64,000 bases of DNA from the human T2T-CHM13v2.0 reference genome, Homo sapiens. Both the position numbers and the translations under genes were made by a program. Shown here in pieces: positions 1 to 15,378 of the stretch. How positions within the stretch are numbered: position 1 is the stretch's first letter; every line of letters starts with the position of its first letter. The stretch is from the NCBI RefSeq assembly GCF_009914755.1, contig NC_060929.1, one strand, 5' to 3'. Under the pieces are notes generated by a model. That model worked only from the letters and a program-made list of their open reading frames with translations, did no database searches and was not told the DNA's origin.

Positions 1-329
1 GTGCTTGACATATAATAAGTTCTTAGTAGATATTCTTTTTTAATTCCATCCTTCATTACTATCTGTTTAGCATGTATTTCATAGAAATTTCAGGTAATGA
101 TGAATAGTCATTATAATGCATCATTATTGTTTATGAATCATCCAGTGTACATTGAGATTTATAAGAAAAGTAAAAGTAGAGCACTCTGTATTAGAAAAAC
201 AGAATTATTTTAAATGTCTTGTGTATTTTATTAGCCAGTTTTACTTCACTAAAATCATCTAGTCACTTATTGAATTTTTGTTTATTCAGGAGGATTCAAG
301 CACATGAGAAATAGATGTGCTACTTCCTG

Positions 330-1640
330 TTCTGGCAACATGGACTGAGCTAACACAAAACTTTCTTCTCCTACAAATCTATAGAAATGCTGGATAAAAT
401 ATGATCCAGCCCAATTTAAATACTTAGCTAGGCTTGAGGAAGAGAGAAAAGAAGGTAAGAAAGAAAGAAAAGGAAAATCATAAGTACCAGAAACAAAAGG
501 AAGGCATAACCAGACATTGAGTAAGCCAACACTACAGTGGCCCAAGTGGATTTTGGACCCAAATGGAGGCTCTAATATCTAGAAGATAGGGTTTTAATCT
601 CACATTTGGATGGAAGATATGGCCTTGGGTTAGAGAGGTAGGAACTAAAAATCTGTCTACCTGGTCAGGAATGCCACAAAGAAGCTTGCCATTTTTCAGA
701 ACTCTATGTGGCAGAAAAAATGAAAGACTCTTATGAAAAAGCCAAAACTCTAAACCTCTACCAGGCATAAATATAAAGTCTGAATGTATGCTATTTATAT
801 GGTATAGGATTCCTAAGTCAAGAAAATAATGGGAAAAAATGGCTCTGGACCAATGGAACCCCTTGATTGTCTGGTAGAAACCAATGCAAAACCTCTCTAT
901 AGGAATACTTGAACAATCTTGGTGCCTAGGATTCCTATGGAGTGTGATGGAGATGCAGTCCTAGCTGAAAATAAACTCACAATAAAAGATTAGAAAACAC
1001 ATAAATAAATGACCACCCTAGAGAGAGGGTCAGAAGACAGAACAGAACAATCCCCAAGAACAATCTGAGTGATAGAACATAATAACTTTGTTTTAAATAA
1101 AGAGTTTCTATTTTGTGAGACAGAGTCTCTCTCTGTTGCCCAGGCTGGAGTGCAGGCACAGTCTTGGCTCACTACAGCCTCCACCTCCTGAGTTCAAGCA
1201 ATTCTCCTGCCTCAGCCTCCTGAGTAGCTGGGATTACAGGCGCCCGCCACCACCACACCCAGCTAATTTTTTTTTGTATTTTTAGTAGAGATAAGGTTTT
1301 GCCATGTTGCCCAGGCTGGTTTCAAACTCCTGAGCTCAGACAATCAGCCCGCCTCCGCCTCCCAAAGTGCTCAGATTACAGGCATGAGCCACCATGCCTG
1401 GCCAGTAAAGAGATTTTTTTAAAGAAATAAAAATCATAATAAAAAATTAAGGCAATAAAAAAGAGTAGGTGATTTGTAAAAGAGCCATATGGAATATTTA
1501 GAAATAGAAAATATAGTTATTAAATTCAATGACCCAGTTTATGGCTTAAATATTGATTAGATACAACTGAACAGAGAATTAGTGAACTGAAATACAGAGC
1601 TAAGGAAATTACTCAGAGTATGCTGATGATTAAATTATGA
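330..1640 (+). mobile_element. Old L1M/HAL1-like 5'/ORF1 relic interrupted by an Alu
   Basis: Motifs aaatgctggataaaatat and gattagatacaactgaacagagaattagtgaactg resemble the old L1 5' region and ORF1. Confidence 0.45.
1106..1403 (-). mobile_element. Alu (AluS-like), full length
   Basis: gagacagagtctc...ccaccatgcctggcc is the reverse-complement Alu dimer. Confidence 0.93.
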
Positions 1641-3140
1641 AACATGAACGTACTATGACCATTCATAGTTGATCATACTGTAAATAGAAGTACTTTATAC
1701 TAATATGATACACCAAGTTAGGAAATAGAAGACCAGTTTTTTCAAATAGTTGGGTTTTTGTGGCAAATGTCATTGCATTTGGCTGTGTGTACCCTGTAAA
1801 GTGTTTGAGTTACAGTTTCCATGCAGTCCAGGTGGAATCTTAACAGGCTTAATCATGGTATCACAGATGAATATAATGAAACATCAGCAGACGTCACAGC
1901 TATTCTCAAACTGTCTGCCTATTTGTTTGGGCTAGAAATGAAAACATGAGGAGGGGAAAGATATCCTTAAGTCAGGTAATTAAAAATCTCCAAAGACCAA
2001 GAACTGGAGCAGCCAGTGGGTATAACAGGAGGTGGTATGACTGCCTTGTCTTTTCTGAACTTGATTATTTAGATTTATGACTTTCTGGAAAAAAAATTGA
2101 CAACACTATGAATTTGACTGGGTTTCTATATTTACCTGACATGTTTTCCATTTTGATAAATGACTGTAATATGTCTACATTATAAACCTATTAGTGGCCA
2201 GCTTTTCTGACCTCAAACAGTTGGCTGGATTGGATCAGTCTTTCTGAGCTCAATTTTATTATTGTAATTTGTGATGCAAAGGTGATTTACTTTTTTAAGT
2301 TCTTAATTGGCATTGGTAGATGGACAGAAAAAATTACCAAATCAATCTTTTCCACCTGGAATTTATGTGAACACCTTCAGCCATATCTTGGCATTTTATC
2401 TTATGGATGGAATTGATGGAATTCATTAGCAAAATGATATGTCTGAGAGGAAATCCCATTTACCCTGAGGCAGTTTTGAGTATTTATTTAGACAGGGAAA
2501 TTGCTTTTGGGAAATTCTAAGTATTCTATTACTTGAGATTTTTAAGTTAATTTTATGGAATTTAACTTTAGAAAATCTTAAAATTTTAGAATGAAATGTC
2601 ATTTCCATGAGATACAGTCTGTCCCTTTTATTTCATTGAAAGAAAATAATTTAGTAGTACATGGAATTTTAATTTGAAGTTTTATCAGATCAACTAATTC
2701 TACATGCAGGCATACAGACACAAAGAAGCATTAAGTTGCCCTTCATCAGCACTTTAGGGAACATCTGCTTTAATTTTATAGCTGTTTGTGAGAAAATTAT
2801 CACAAGGTAAAATTAGCCCAAGCTAAAATACTACATGTTTCAGTGGTAAGATCGTGTACCACTGAATTAGGCAGATTAATAGACAACCCTTAAAATAATA
2901 TTTGTTGCCCAACTATCTACCCTGACCTAATATCAAATTTGTGTAATTCAATTGTTTCTCAACTCTTGTTAGTCCACCTATAGTTGGTAGTCAGTGGAAT
3001 TTTTTCTTAGCTCTGTTGAGTATATCTTTAAAAAAAATCAAATTGGTATTAAATGATTAACAACCACAATCAAATTAAAAGCTTCAAAATACATCCAAGT
3101 AGTAAAACTCAAAGATAGTTGCAGATAAAAAACAACTCCT

Positions 3141-3252
3141 GAATCACTTGAACCCGGGAAGTGGAGGTTGCAGTGAGCCAAGATCGCGCCATTGCACTCC
3201 AGCCTGGGCAACAAAAGCAAAACTCTGTCTCAAAAAATAAATAAATAAAAAA
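3141..3252 (+). mobile_element. 5'-truncated Alu (3' part of the right arm)
   Basis: gaatcacttgaacccgggaagtggaggttgcagtgagcc...ctcaaaaaataaataaa, with degenerate flanking repeats aaaaaacaactcct / aaaaaacataacttct. Confidence 0.9.
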
Positions 3253-4569
3253 CATAACTTCTCAACAACTTTAGAAGCTGTCGCTCTCTTTAGAGCATTC
3301 TTTATTTAAAGCAGTATGGGAGCATTTACAGCTGTATAATGATAGGGAACACCCTGTGATTTACCCATTCTGCCCTGAAGCACCAAGTTTTTGAGTTCTT
3401 AACTTCTATTACAAAATCCAACACAGTTGGCTGTGTTGAAGTCAAAAAGGTCTCACCCATAATCAGAGGACAAAAAGTCAAGTTTTTATACACTTTCCCC
3501 CTTTGGAAACCAAAAGCTGCAGTAAGGATAAGATTACAGTCCAAGACTTTGTCAGATGACAGTTGAGTTAGCAATTGAGGCATAGACAACATTCTAGAGT
3601 TTGGTTTCATTCTCAGTCCATCTGCTGAAAATTGTTTAACTGGAGCTTCATTAAGAATGGAATATAATAAACAGGGGTAGATGGAAATAGTATTGAAATA
3701 TGTTTGAAGCCTTGTGAAACAAGAGTTACCTTACTTATTTGATCTGGGATCATTTAAATCATAATGAAAAGCCATAAAATTTTACCCAACTATTTCCTTA
3801 GCATTTTTCAAAGCAAAACTGGTTTTGCAATCGATTTTTTACTTCAGTTAGAGAATATTAAGTCTTTTCTTTGTCATTTTAAATGTAGATCCTATCACCA
3901 AACAGATATTTTCAAACAGATCCTACAATTTACGGGTGAATTTTATTCATTCTTTAGATGCTTGCCATCACTACCACTAATTGCCTTATACAAAACATTT
4001 ATGAAGCTGGTTATGACTATACATTAAGAAGAATGACTAATGCTACAATATTAAGATATTATCAGGGCAAATACATTCAGGAGGATTTGAACTACGTGCC
4101 TGTGTTTTCATTATCATGGCTAGAAAATATAAAAAGAGTGTTTGGTTTCATAAATACTAATGAAATAAATTGATACATACATTAAAGTTGTCTTAATTAG
4201 CTTTTCAATATAGGTTAAAATGTGAGAAATGCAGGAGGAAGTAAAATAAAAATGCTAACATGTCTAAGAGCATCTCAACTGGAAAATCCTTATAACCACT
4301 TTTAGAATGTGTATAGCTTCATAATCTAGCAAAAAAAAAAATAGTTTCCCTTTTCCCTCCATCAATGTAAGAAATTCCCTTATATGAAAGAAATGTATTT
4401 GTATGGAGAGGGAAAGAGAAAGAAAAACAAGCTTGACTTGTGCAAGAGTCTGTGATATCCTTTGAAAGCTTATCACTTAAAACAAAGAAAAACATATAGA
4501 GTTAGCACATAATTGTACAGTCAGTGTGAGTGTATATTTTGATACTTTCATAATTTAATCTGAATGAGA

Positions 4570-4790
4570 TAGTAATAATAGTTTGTTAGGTGTTTGCCAC
4601 ATGTCAGACAGTATTTTATTTAATCCTCACAACAGCAAGTGAGGTAGATATTATCATCCCCAGTTTATAGCTGAAGAAACTGAGGCACAAAAAGATGACA
4701 TAGTGTATCCCTATCTCACTCATATAGTAAATTGTGGAACCAGGATTCAGATCAGTCTCACCCAAAGTCTATGCTCTAAAGATGCCATGC
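4570..4790 (-). mobile_element. MIR
   Basis: MIR core: aatcctcacaac...atccccagtttatagctgaagaaactgaggcaca. Confidence 0.8.
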
Positions 4791-5439
4791 TCACTGGCAT
4801 CTCCTATACTGGAAACTGAGAGCACATATTCTTTCTTTTTTACCTACTAGAGGAAATGCATGTGCTTTAGGTTACTGTCTGAGTGCTAGTTTTAATGTCT
4901 TAAGAATATCTTGTGAGTTAAATAAGATTGTCCATAAGTTGATGCTATTGATAATAGGTGATGACTAAAGAGGCTTCATTATACCATTCTCTCTATATTT
5001 GTGTTGAAATTTTTCCATAATAAAAATTTTTGTTTGTTTTAAAAATACTTTTTGTCCAACTAACCTTTCTGGATTGGAAGTTGTTCATTGGTTTGTTCAG
5101 TGAGTCTTGATGTGAGAATTAATTACATTGCACATATCTTCTTTTTTTTTACATTCCCATGACATTTTGGTGGAAGAGAGGTACTGCTTTTTGCTCTCCA
5201 TTCTATGAAAACTGCTTATTTCTATTTGCTATTTCATGTTATTGCTTCTAGTATATCAGCCAGTCATTTTTACAATTACCCATATTTGTTTCAAAACATT
5301 CCTGTTTCTGAAATACTAATCCTGAGATAGTCACAAAGATGATAGTAAATAGCCACTCCTCACTCCTATCTCACACCAGCACCATGACTGTACATGATGG
5401 TTGGAACCAAAAGGATGTATTATAGACCTCAACATGGCA

Positions 5440-7005
5440 GGTTAAGTCAGTAAAACTTTGATAGATTCACTATTGTTAAGATTGCAGTTCTCCCCAAATT
5501 AATTTATACATTCAATGCAGCTACTGTCAAAATCCTACCTGACTTATTTGAAGAAATTGTCAAGCTGATTTTAAAATTTATATGGAAAGGCAAAGGAACA
5601 AAAATCACCAAAATAGTTGTGAAAAAGAAGACAAAGTTAGAGGGCTTACACTAACTGATTCAAGACTTACTATAAACCTGCAGTAATCAAGACAGTATAC
5701 TACTGGCACAAGCAGAGACATAGATTAATGGAACAGAAGAGAGTGTATAGAAATAGATATACATATGTGGTCAATTGATTTTCAAGAAAGGTGCCAAGGT
5801 CATTCACTGGAGGTAAGAAAGCCTTTTTAACATATAATATTGGAACACTTGATGTCTGTATAGAAAAAAAATCTCAACCCTTACCTTACGCCATATATAA
5901 AAATCAACTTGAAATAAATTATATATCTTAACAGAAAAGCTAAAATTTTATATTACTAAGAGAAAGCATTAGAAAAAAACTTTTGAGACCATGAGGAAAA
6001 TAAGGATTTTTTAGATAAGACACAAAAAGTGTGATATGAAATTTAAATATTGATAAAATGCTGTTCATCGAATTTTAACTTTTGCTCTTTGAAAGATATA
6101 CTTAAGAAAATGAAAAGGGAAATCAGACTGAGATAAATCATTTACAAAATATATATTTGACAAAGGACTTGTATCCAGAATATATAAGAAAACTATTACA
6201 ACTCATTAATAAGACAAAAAAAATTAATAGACAAAAGATTTGAAAAGAAGATACATAAATGGCCAACAAGCACATAAAAAACGTAATATCACTTGTCATC
6301 AGAAAAGTAACACTAGAAACCACAAAATACTATTTCACGCTCTCTAAAATATTCAGTTAAATGACAATACCGATATATTTGGAGATATGGAGCAACTCAA
6401 CCTCTCCTATATTGCGAGTGGAATGATGCAGCCAAAATGGTGCGACCATTTGTAAAACAGTATGGCAGTATCATATAAAATTAAACATACACTTATCACT
6501 TGACTCAGCAATCCCACTCCTAGGTATTTACCCCCAAGAAATGAAAATATATGTTTGCAAACAAACTTGTGTGTGTAAATGTTTAAAGAGGCATTATTTG
6601 TAGTAGCCAAAAACGGTAAGCAACTCAGAATAAACAAGTTAGAGTATATCCATGCTATGAAATACTATTCAGTTATGCAAAGGAACATGGATGAATCTCA
6701 ACAATAGTTGCTCACCAAAATAAGCCAGACATAAAAAACTACATACTGTATGATCCCATTTGTATGAGTTTCTAGTAATGGCAAAAATGTGGTGCCAGAA
6801 AGCAGATCGCTGATGCCTCATTGCCAGAAAAAGAAAACTGACTGTAACAGACATTTGGACACTTTGTAGGGTATGTGGAACTTTTCTAGATCTTGATTGC
6901 AGTGGAAGTTATATGCTCTATACAATACCAAAAGTCATCACATTTTATATACAAAATTAGTGAGTTTTACTATATGTAATGCCTACCTCAATACAGCTGT
7001 TTTTA
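5440..7005 (+). mobile_element. Old L1 (L1MC/MD-like) ORF2 3' part and 3' UTR
   Basis: Typical degenerate L1 sequence: gttctccccaaattaatttatacattcaatgc, cagtaatcaagacagt, cagcaatcccactcctaggtatttaccc. Confidence 0.85.
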
Positions 7006-7704
7006 AAAATTCTATCATTTCATGCATTTAGTTTCCTTAATGAGGTGACTGCTATTTCTAAGTTATTAAAAGGCCATTTAGTATTATAAACAACATAGCT
7101 ACAGAATTTCCATGCTTTATTATATACTTAAATGTACCTATCCTTGACTTTTTAAAATTGATTTGTAAGGCTTCTTTATAGCACTTTTTAAACATTTTCC
7201 TACTTCCTTCACATTCCTAATAAGTGAAATTAAGTGGTTGGTCCTTGCTAAAAGGGACCGTGTTCAAGAAGATGCGTGTGAAACATTAAAATAAGCAATG
7301 CTGAATCTGTTTTGAAAGTTGTAAGCTTAACTTACCTATGACATGAGATAGCAGAATTCATCTATATCTTTTCCATTTATTGCAAAATTCTTACCACACA
7401 TAAAGGTTTTCAATCTTTTTTAGCTGAAAATGTAAGCAAAGAACTTGTCCTTTCTCTTTTGCATTTTTTTAACCATAAAAACATTAAACAGTTCTACTGA
7501 TACCCATCACAATTTTCCTTAGAATTTTACAAACTTCTGCCCTAGGAAATGGCAGAAAATAATTATTGACTCCCTAAATGCAATGGAACAGGAGATTCCA
7601 GGTGCATGGCAAATGCTAACTATAACTGAGGCTGGCGAGGGGAAGAGGGCAAATTACCCTACACCTTCTTATTTTCCCCTTCTTCAATTACATTATTACT
7701 TCAT

Positions 7705-8653
<949 letters not shown>

Positions 8654-9081
8654 GAAAGTAATTTTTAAACCTACTATAAGAATCACTTCATGTATACCAG
8701 TCGTGATGGCATACTCTTTATACTAGTCTTTACTAGGCATGTGTGCCTTAGATATTATTTCTGTATTTAATGGTTCATTTTTCCTTAATGTGCTCAGTTT
8801 TTAATGTTTGCAGCTGTCAGTTTTGAAACCAGGACTCTCCTTCCAAGTTCTACCAAAATCATATTAGGTAACCACAAAAAGATAACTTGTTTCTTAGTTC
8901 AAATTTTTTTTTTGACCAGAAAATCTCTTGAACAAAATGGCTGATTGTTAATAGATTGCATATTCATGATGTTCCTCAAGCTAGATAACAAAGAGACAAC
9001 TAACAGACTAAAGCTTTGGTAGACAGATTACTAGCATTCTTGATTACATCTGGCTTATCGTTTGTCTTCCAGCCAAAGAGA

Positions 9082-9098
9082 AGAGAGAGAGAGAGAGG

Positions 9099-9140
<42 letters not shown>
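9082..9140. repeat. Compound microsatellite (AG)n-(GT)20
   Basis: AG repeat at about 9082-9097; perfect GT repeat at 9101-9140. Confidence 0.97.
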
Positions 9141-9143
<3 letters not shown>

Positions 9144-9842
9144 AGTCACAAATTTCATTGATATTTACACATGTGAGGTATTATAAAATGTTACTAGTTG
9201 GGTTTGTTGGCTTGTTTGTTTTTGAGGCAAAACTGTGTTTTATGAACCAAGATGTTAACTAATCTTCACATAGAATTATTGCAGGTTCAAACCTATAGAT
9301 TTGTTTTCTAATTTCTAATTCAGTAAAGATTATTTTTGTCTGCTTTTGCTAACTGTTTTGACTTATTTGTTAGACATATTTATTTTCTATGATGCCATTA
9401 AATTGAAGGTTGTTATTGTTATAACTGGGGAACAAAAGTGGCAGGTAATTGGAATATCAACCAATATTTGGAAGGTTATATCTTCTAAGGCAAGGAAAAA
9501 ATGTAAAATGGTATTGCTGAATTTTAGGAAAACCTTAATTATTTTAGAAGTGAGATAGATGATTTTATAATCAACTTAAATAAGGACATGTGAGAAGAAC
9601 AATTACAATAGTGCAGTGTATAGTAAATATATGTATATCAACTCATAAATTAGCATCAGTCACATTCTAATTTAGGAAGTAGTTACAGAGCTGGTGGGGC
9701 TTACAGGTTTTCTTTTGAAATTAAATGGTGAAAAAGCAAGCCCAAGTGCCAACCTCCTCTTCAGCAACAGGAGCATAAACATTGCTATGAATCCACAGAG
9801 CTATTTTACTGCTTATTCTAAAAATATTCTACTATTCTTTAG

Positions 9843-9952
9843 AGGAAGAAGCCCCTCCAGATGGTGCTGTTGCCGAATACAGAAGAGAAAAGCAAAAGTA
9901 TGAAGCTTTGAGGAAGCAACAGTCAAAGAAGGGAACTTCCCGGGAAGATCAG
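9843..9952 (+). CDS. CWC27: CWC27 internal coding exon (110 nt; probably exon 12), (E)EEAPPDGAVAEYRREKQKYEALRKQQSKKGTSREDQ
   Basis: Acceptor ctattctttAG at 9841-9842 and donor CAG|GTAACT at 9953. The exon is purine-rich with an open frame, joins the next exon in phase 0, and the peptide matches the CWC27 C-terminal region as I recall it. Confidence 0.95.
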
Positions 9953-10619
9953 GTAACTTCAAAAACCCAAATCCATACAGAACTTATTGTCTTTTTATTG
10001 TTTTTAAGTGTTTCTAAATGGAGCCTAATTTGATTATATATCAGGAGAAGCACTACCTCTTAAAAATAAAAAAGAATATATTTATATAGGGTGGACATTG
10101 GCCACTCACATAAAGATTCAAACTCTGGAGTTCTTTCCAGACATTGGTGGTGAAAAAGCCTGGAACTTCCACGTTTCAACCTGGTACTCCCATAGTAAGC
10201 ACAGGAACCTCATAAAGCCATGTATCCTCAGAAACCCAGGTGGAACCTCTGTGTAGTGAATATTATGAAATGAAGAAGTGGTGATTATAAATGATGAGAG
10301 AGTCTCTTCCAGCCCGACATCTCGCATGCTGACTAGCCAGCCTAGCTTGAAATTGTACACTGTCTGGAAATAAGTCATTTGGTCTGCTAGCTGACTTCTA
10401 TTCATTAGTACAAGTAATTCCTGAATCTTTAGGTAGTAATATTAAGAAGTTAGTTGTCAGAAATCAAGAATGAAAAGAGATAGGAAGCTAGCTCAACAAT
10501 TTGGGAGTCAGCACTATGTGCCATGCAGTACTTGACACTTGATAAAACAAATCTCTTAAGCAGCCCTTCATGTTGAAAAGTTAGAGGGCAGACTGAAATC
10601 ATTTATTTTTGGTGCTGCC

Positions 10620-10700
10620 ATATATATGTTTATATAGATAGACATATATATTAATATATATGGATATAAACAAACTGCCTTATATATATATATATGGACA
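10620..10700. repeat. TA-rich low complexity
   Basis: Interrupted (TA)n. Confidence 0.8.
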
Positions 10701-10882
10701 CACCATTTTAGTTGTATAAATAAAACGGGCAAAGTAAAAGTAAATTAAAAAGCCCAAACCTGTCTGGATAATTTCTTAATTTCATTAAGAAAAAGTACAT
10801 TATTAACTTGTTTTCATGAAATCACAAAGTCTTCTAAATAGCAACCATAGTGACTATACTACCAGAGATACTAAGGATGACT

Positions 10883-11530
10883 CATTCATTCATTCCTTCC
10901 CCCTCCCCCCATTCCCTTGTAGCAAATAATTATTAAGAACCTGCCATGTACTAATCACTGTATTTGGCAGTCAACACATGAACACATCCCTGCTCTCTCT
11001 GATCTATCAGGGAAAAGAGCTAAACAAGTAATACCAGTGAAAGGGGGTGAGCATTATGAAAGGGTAGGTACAGGAAGCCATGTAGATGAATAACAGAGGG
11101 GCCTTACATGGCTTAAGAATCTGGGAAGGCCTTCCTAAGGAAATGATTTGTCAGCTGAACTTCAAAGGTTGTGTAGGAGACAGCCAGGTAGAGGCAGAGC
11201 ATGGCTAGACAAAAGGAACAGTGCGTACATGAAAAGTCTTCAACCTCTTTGCAAAGAACTAAAAGATATTAAATATGATTGTAACATAAACTAAGAGAAG
11301 GAGAAAGATGAGGCTGAAGAGGTAAGCAAAAGTAAGTTCGTACAAGGTATTTTTAAACCATGTTAAGGAGTTTAGAATTTATCCTAAAGGCCATGGGGAA
11401 CCATTGACAGAAGGAAGTGATATGATCTCACTTTCATTTTAGGAAGATCTCTCTAACTGGGCTGCAATATGGAGATTAGACTGGATACAGGACAGGACCA
11501 GAGGCACAGGGCCCAGTTGGGAGACTCTTG
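10883..11530 (-). mobile_element. L2 3' fragment
   Basis: Begins with a (cattcatt) tail; includes tttatcctaaaggccatggggaaccattga and ttttaggaagatc. Confidence 0.75.
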
Positions 11531-12080
11531 TGTTAGATATGCATAAACAGAGTATGCCAAGATTGGGCTCCTTCAGCATAGCTTCTACATTCTGGGAAGG
11601 CTCTCGCTGTGCTGAAAGAGCATTCCTGGAAGTAGTTGGCCATTCGTTCTTTCAGGAAAAGCCATAACTGAATAATTCCCCTGCAGATGCCAATCAAAAT
11701 GCCTCCATGCAGATCCTATCTTCTTCACACTATAACAAATGTGTCCCATTATTTTTGTGATTTTTTTCTGCCCAGTGTCTTCTCTAGCCTTTATAATAAA
11801 GCAGGAGAAAGTCTAATCTTAAATATAGAAGAAGCTAAAAATAGCCAAGAGGATGTTTTTTGTTTGCCACAGTCTCCCCTCTTTGAGCAAATGCCAGTAG
11901 CTCATTAATTGGCTTAAAAACAAACTGCCTTGCCACTTGTAACTCAGGGAGAAAGATCCAGGTCTAGTATAATTTTCTAGGAAATTTTAAAATTTCATTC
12001 CATTTAGAAGTCTTTTTTGTTTTCATTTTTCTTTGTGCTTTTAAAAAAGACATTTCCAAGTATGCAAACATCCATCATTA

Positions 12081-12390
<310 letters not shown>

Positions 12391-12416
12391 TGATAGGGTT
12401 TACTTTTAAGCTATAG

Positions 12417-12771
12417 TGTATTAGTCCATTTTCACACTGCTGATAAAAACATACCCAAAACTGGGGAAAAAAAGGAGGTTTAATTTGACTTATAGTTCCA
12501 CCTGGCTGAGGAGGTCTCACAATCATGGCAGAGGGTGAAAGGCAGTTCTTACATGGTGGTGGCAAGAGAGAATGAGGAAGAAGAAAAAGTGGAAACCCCT
12601 GATAAACCCATCAGATCTTGTGAGACTTATTCGCTATCACGAGAATAGCATGGTAAAGACCAGCCCCCATGATTCAATTACCTCCCACTGGGTCCCTCCC
12701 ATAACACATGGGAATTCTGGGAGATACAATTCAAGTTGAGATTTGGGTAGGGACACAGCCAGACCATATCA
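12417..12771 (-). mobile_element. THE1 (THE1C/D-like) MaLR solo LTR with 5-bp TSD TATAG
   Basis: tgtattagtccattttcacactgctgataaa...gacacagccagaccatatca with TG..CA ends. TATAG at 12412-12416 and 12772-12776. Confidence 0.9.
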
Positions 12772-13922
12772 TATAGATTAAATAGATAGATATGGAGATA
12801 AGCATGTGGAGAGATATATTTATGCAATAGTAGATATAGATAGATATAGATACAGATATATAAACACATACATACACACACACATACTACCTGGAAGTAT
12901 ATTTACCAAAATATTAACAGCGGTTATTCTGAGTGGTAGGATAATAGTTATTTTACTTCTATTTTTCAATATTTTTACAGTAATCTGTTTTCTTATTAAT
13001 AAGCAAATACAATAAGAATGAATAAACAATGGACTATTTTTAATGAGTAAGGTTTAAAAACAAGGGATACTTTATCTGTTAACATTGTTTGAATAGCTTA
13101 ATTCTATAACCTCTACTCTAAAAACAGATAAAACAGCTAAATGCTAACATACTCTGCAGCCCTCAGAATGCCTATGATGACATTCTATAGGAACTTATAA
13201 ATTTTCCCCAAAACTCATCTCATTCAGTAGCTATGATAATGTGTGTATTTTTAGCTGTTGAATATGTGGGCATTAAATTTTGCAGAAAAGTAGAAGATGC
13301 TTTTTACTATCATTTTTAAAGCAATAACCAACCACCTTTTTCTTGCAGTTATTTTGACACCATTTGTCTTTATTAAGCTTGAGTTCTAGATTGCCCAGAC
13401 CTACTTAACTTTTTCATGAACTGTGATCTTATTGATACTCTCTAGATAAATTCTGGAGCTTAGGAATGTATTGTGACTCTCTAATATACCAGTTATTCAC
13501 ATGTTGAACTGTCACACATCTTTTTCCTTATGAAATGTGAGGATTTCAGTATTGAATTCAACATACCAAAATCTTGATTAGGCCCTTGATTTCTCGGACA
13601 GGTAGTATTTTATCCCATTTCATAATGATGGACTCTGTAAATATGTTGAATAGAAAAACCTTTTTCTAGCTTCTGTTGTCTGCTCAAATTCTGGAGTAGA
13701 CTGTTAAGACCTAGGAGATGGTGTGATTACAAAATTATAGCCACTTGCTTCTTCCTGCCCACAGAGAGCATAGGAGCCAAACAAGAATTCACAGTCATGT
13801 TCCCCCTACACACACACACTTTTAAAAAATATATACTTAACACAATATTTGTATTCATCTTTCACTTAACAATAGAATGCAATGTTTCATGTATATAATT
13901 TTTAATAACAATAGCATATTTA

Positions 13923-14264
<342 letters not shown>

Positions 14265-14654
14265 TTACTAAATTTATCTAGTTTCTTATTGATAGACATT
14301 TAACAGGTTTTCATTTTTCCATTTGTATGAGTAATGCTGCAGTGCACATCTTGTGCGTAAGCCATTTTCTCTGTTTCACCTTATTTTTCTATCGTCCCAG
14401 GATAGGAATTACTCAGTCAGGGGGAATGATCATCTTAAAGTTACCAGTATGTATCAACAGCTTTCTAAAGACATTCCAATTTACTCATTTTCCAACAGTT
14501 AATATGTTCATTCTACCTTCCCTATATTGATATTTTTATATTTTTGGAAATTTGTGAAATAAACAATACTATTTTTTTATTTTTGATTTCACATAACTTA
14601 GTGAATTACCTTTCTTTCTTATAGACACTAAACTCAACTATAAATGAGCATACA

Positions 14655-14974
<320 letters not shown>

Positions 14975-15274
14975 AAACATGTATTTTCAAAAGTTGGGTC
15001 TTCTGTCTTCTATGTAAGCAAACTTTTGTTTCCCAAATCAGAAAATAGTCACCTATCTCTGAGGGGAAATGTCAGTGCAAATCCAAACAGAATGATGTCA
15101 AGGTTTATTAATGTCATTATTGCAGCCTAAAGGTAGTTTTGTTCTTTTTGTTCAAAATCAAACATTTTGTTTTACATCCAAGTAGGATATTTCCTTTTCT
15201 ACCAAACTTAAGCATCTCTTTTAAAATTATATTTATCTTTATCAGAAAACTTAGCAGTCTAATTGTTATTTCAG

Positions 15275-15378
15275 ACCCTTGCACTGCTGAACCAGTTTAA
15301 ATCTAAACTCACTCAAGCAATTGCTGAAACGCCTGAAAATGACATTCCTGAAACAGAAGTAGAAGATGATGAAGGATG
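15275..15378 (+). CDS. CWC27: CWC27 penultimate coding exon (104 nt; probably exon 13), TLALLNQFKSKLTQAIAETPENDIPETEVEDDEG(W)
   Basis: Acceptor ttatttcAG at 15273-15274 and donor ATG|GTAAGG at 15379. It ends in phase 2 (TG), which the G at 56282 completes to Trp. Confidence 0.95.

Noticed and set aside
9841-9851. Tandem acceptors AG-AG-GAAG-AAG at the exon start
   Set aside because: The downstream AGs have a weak purine context and reflect Glu codons; there is no evidence of use.
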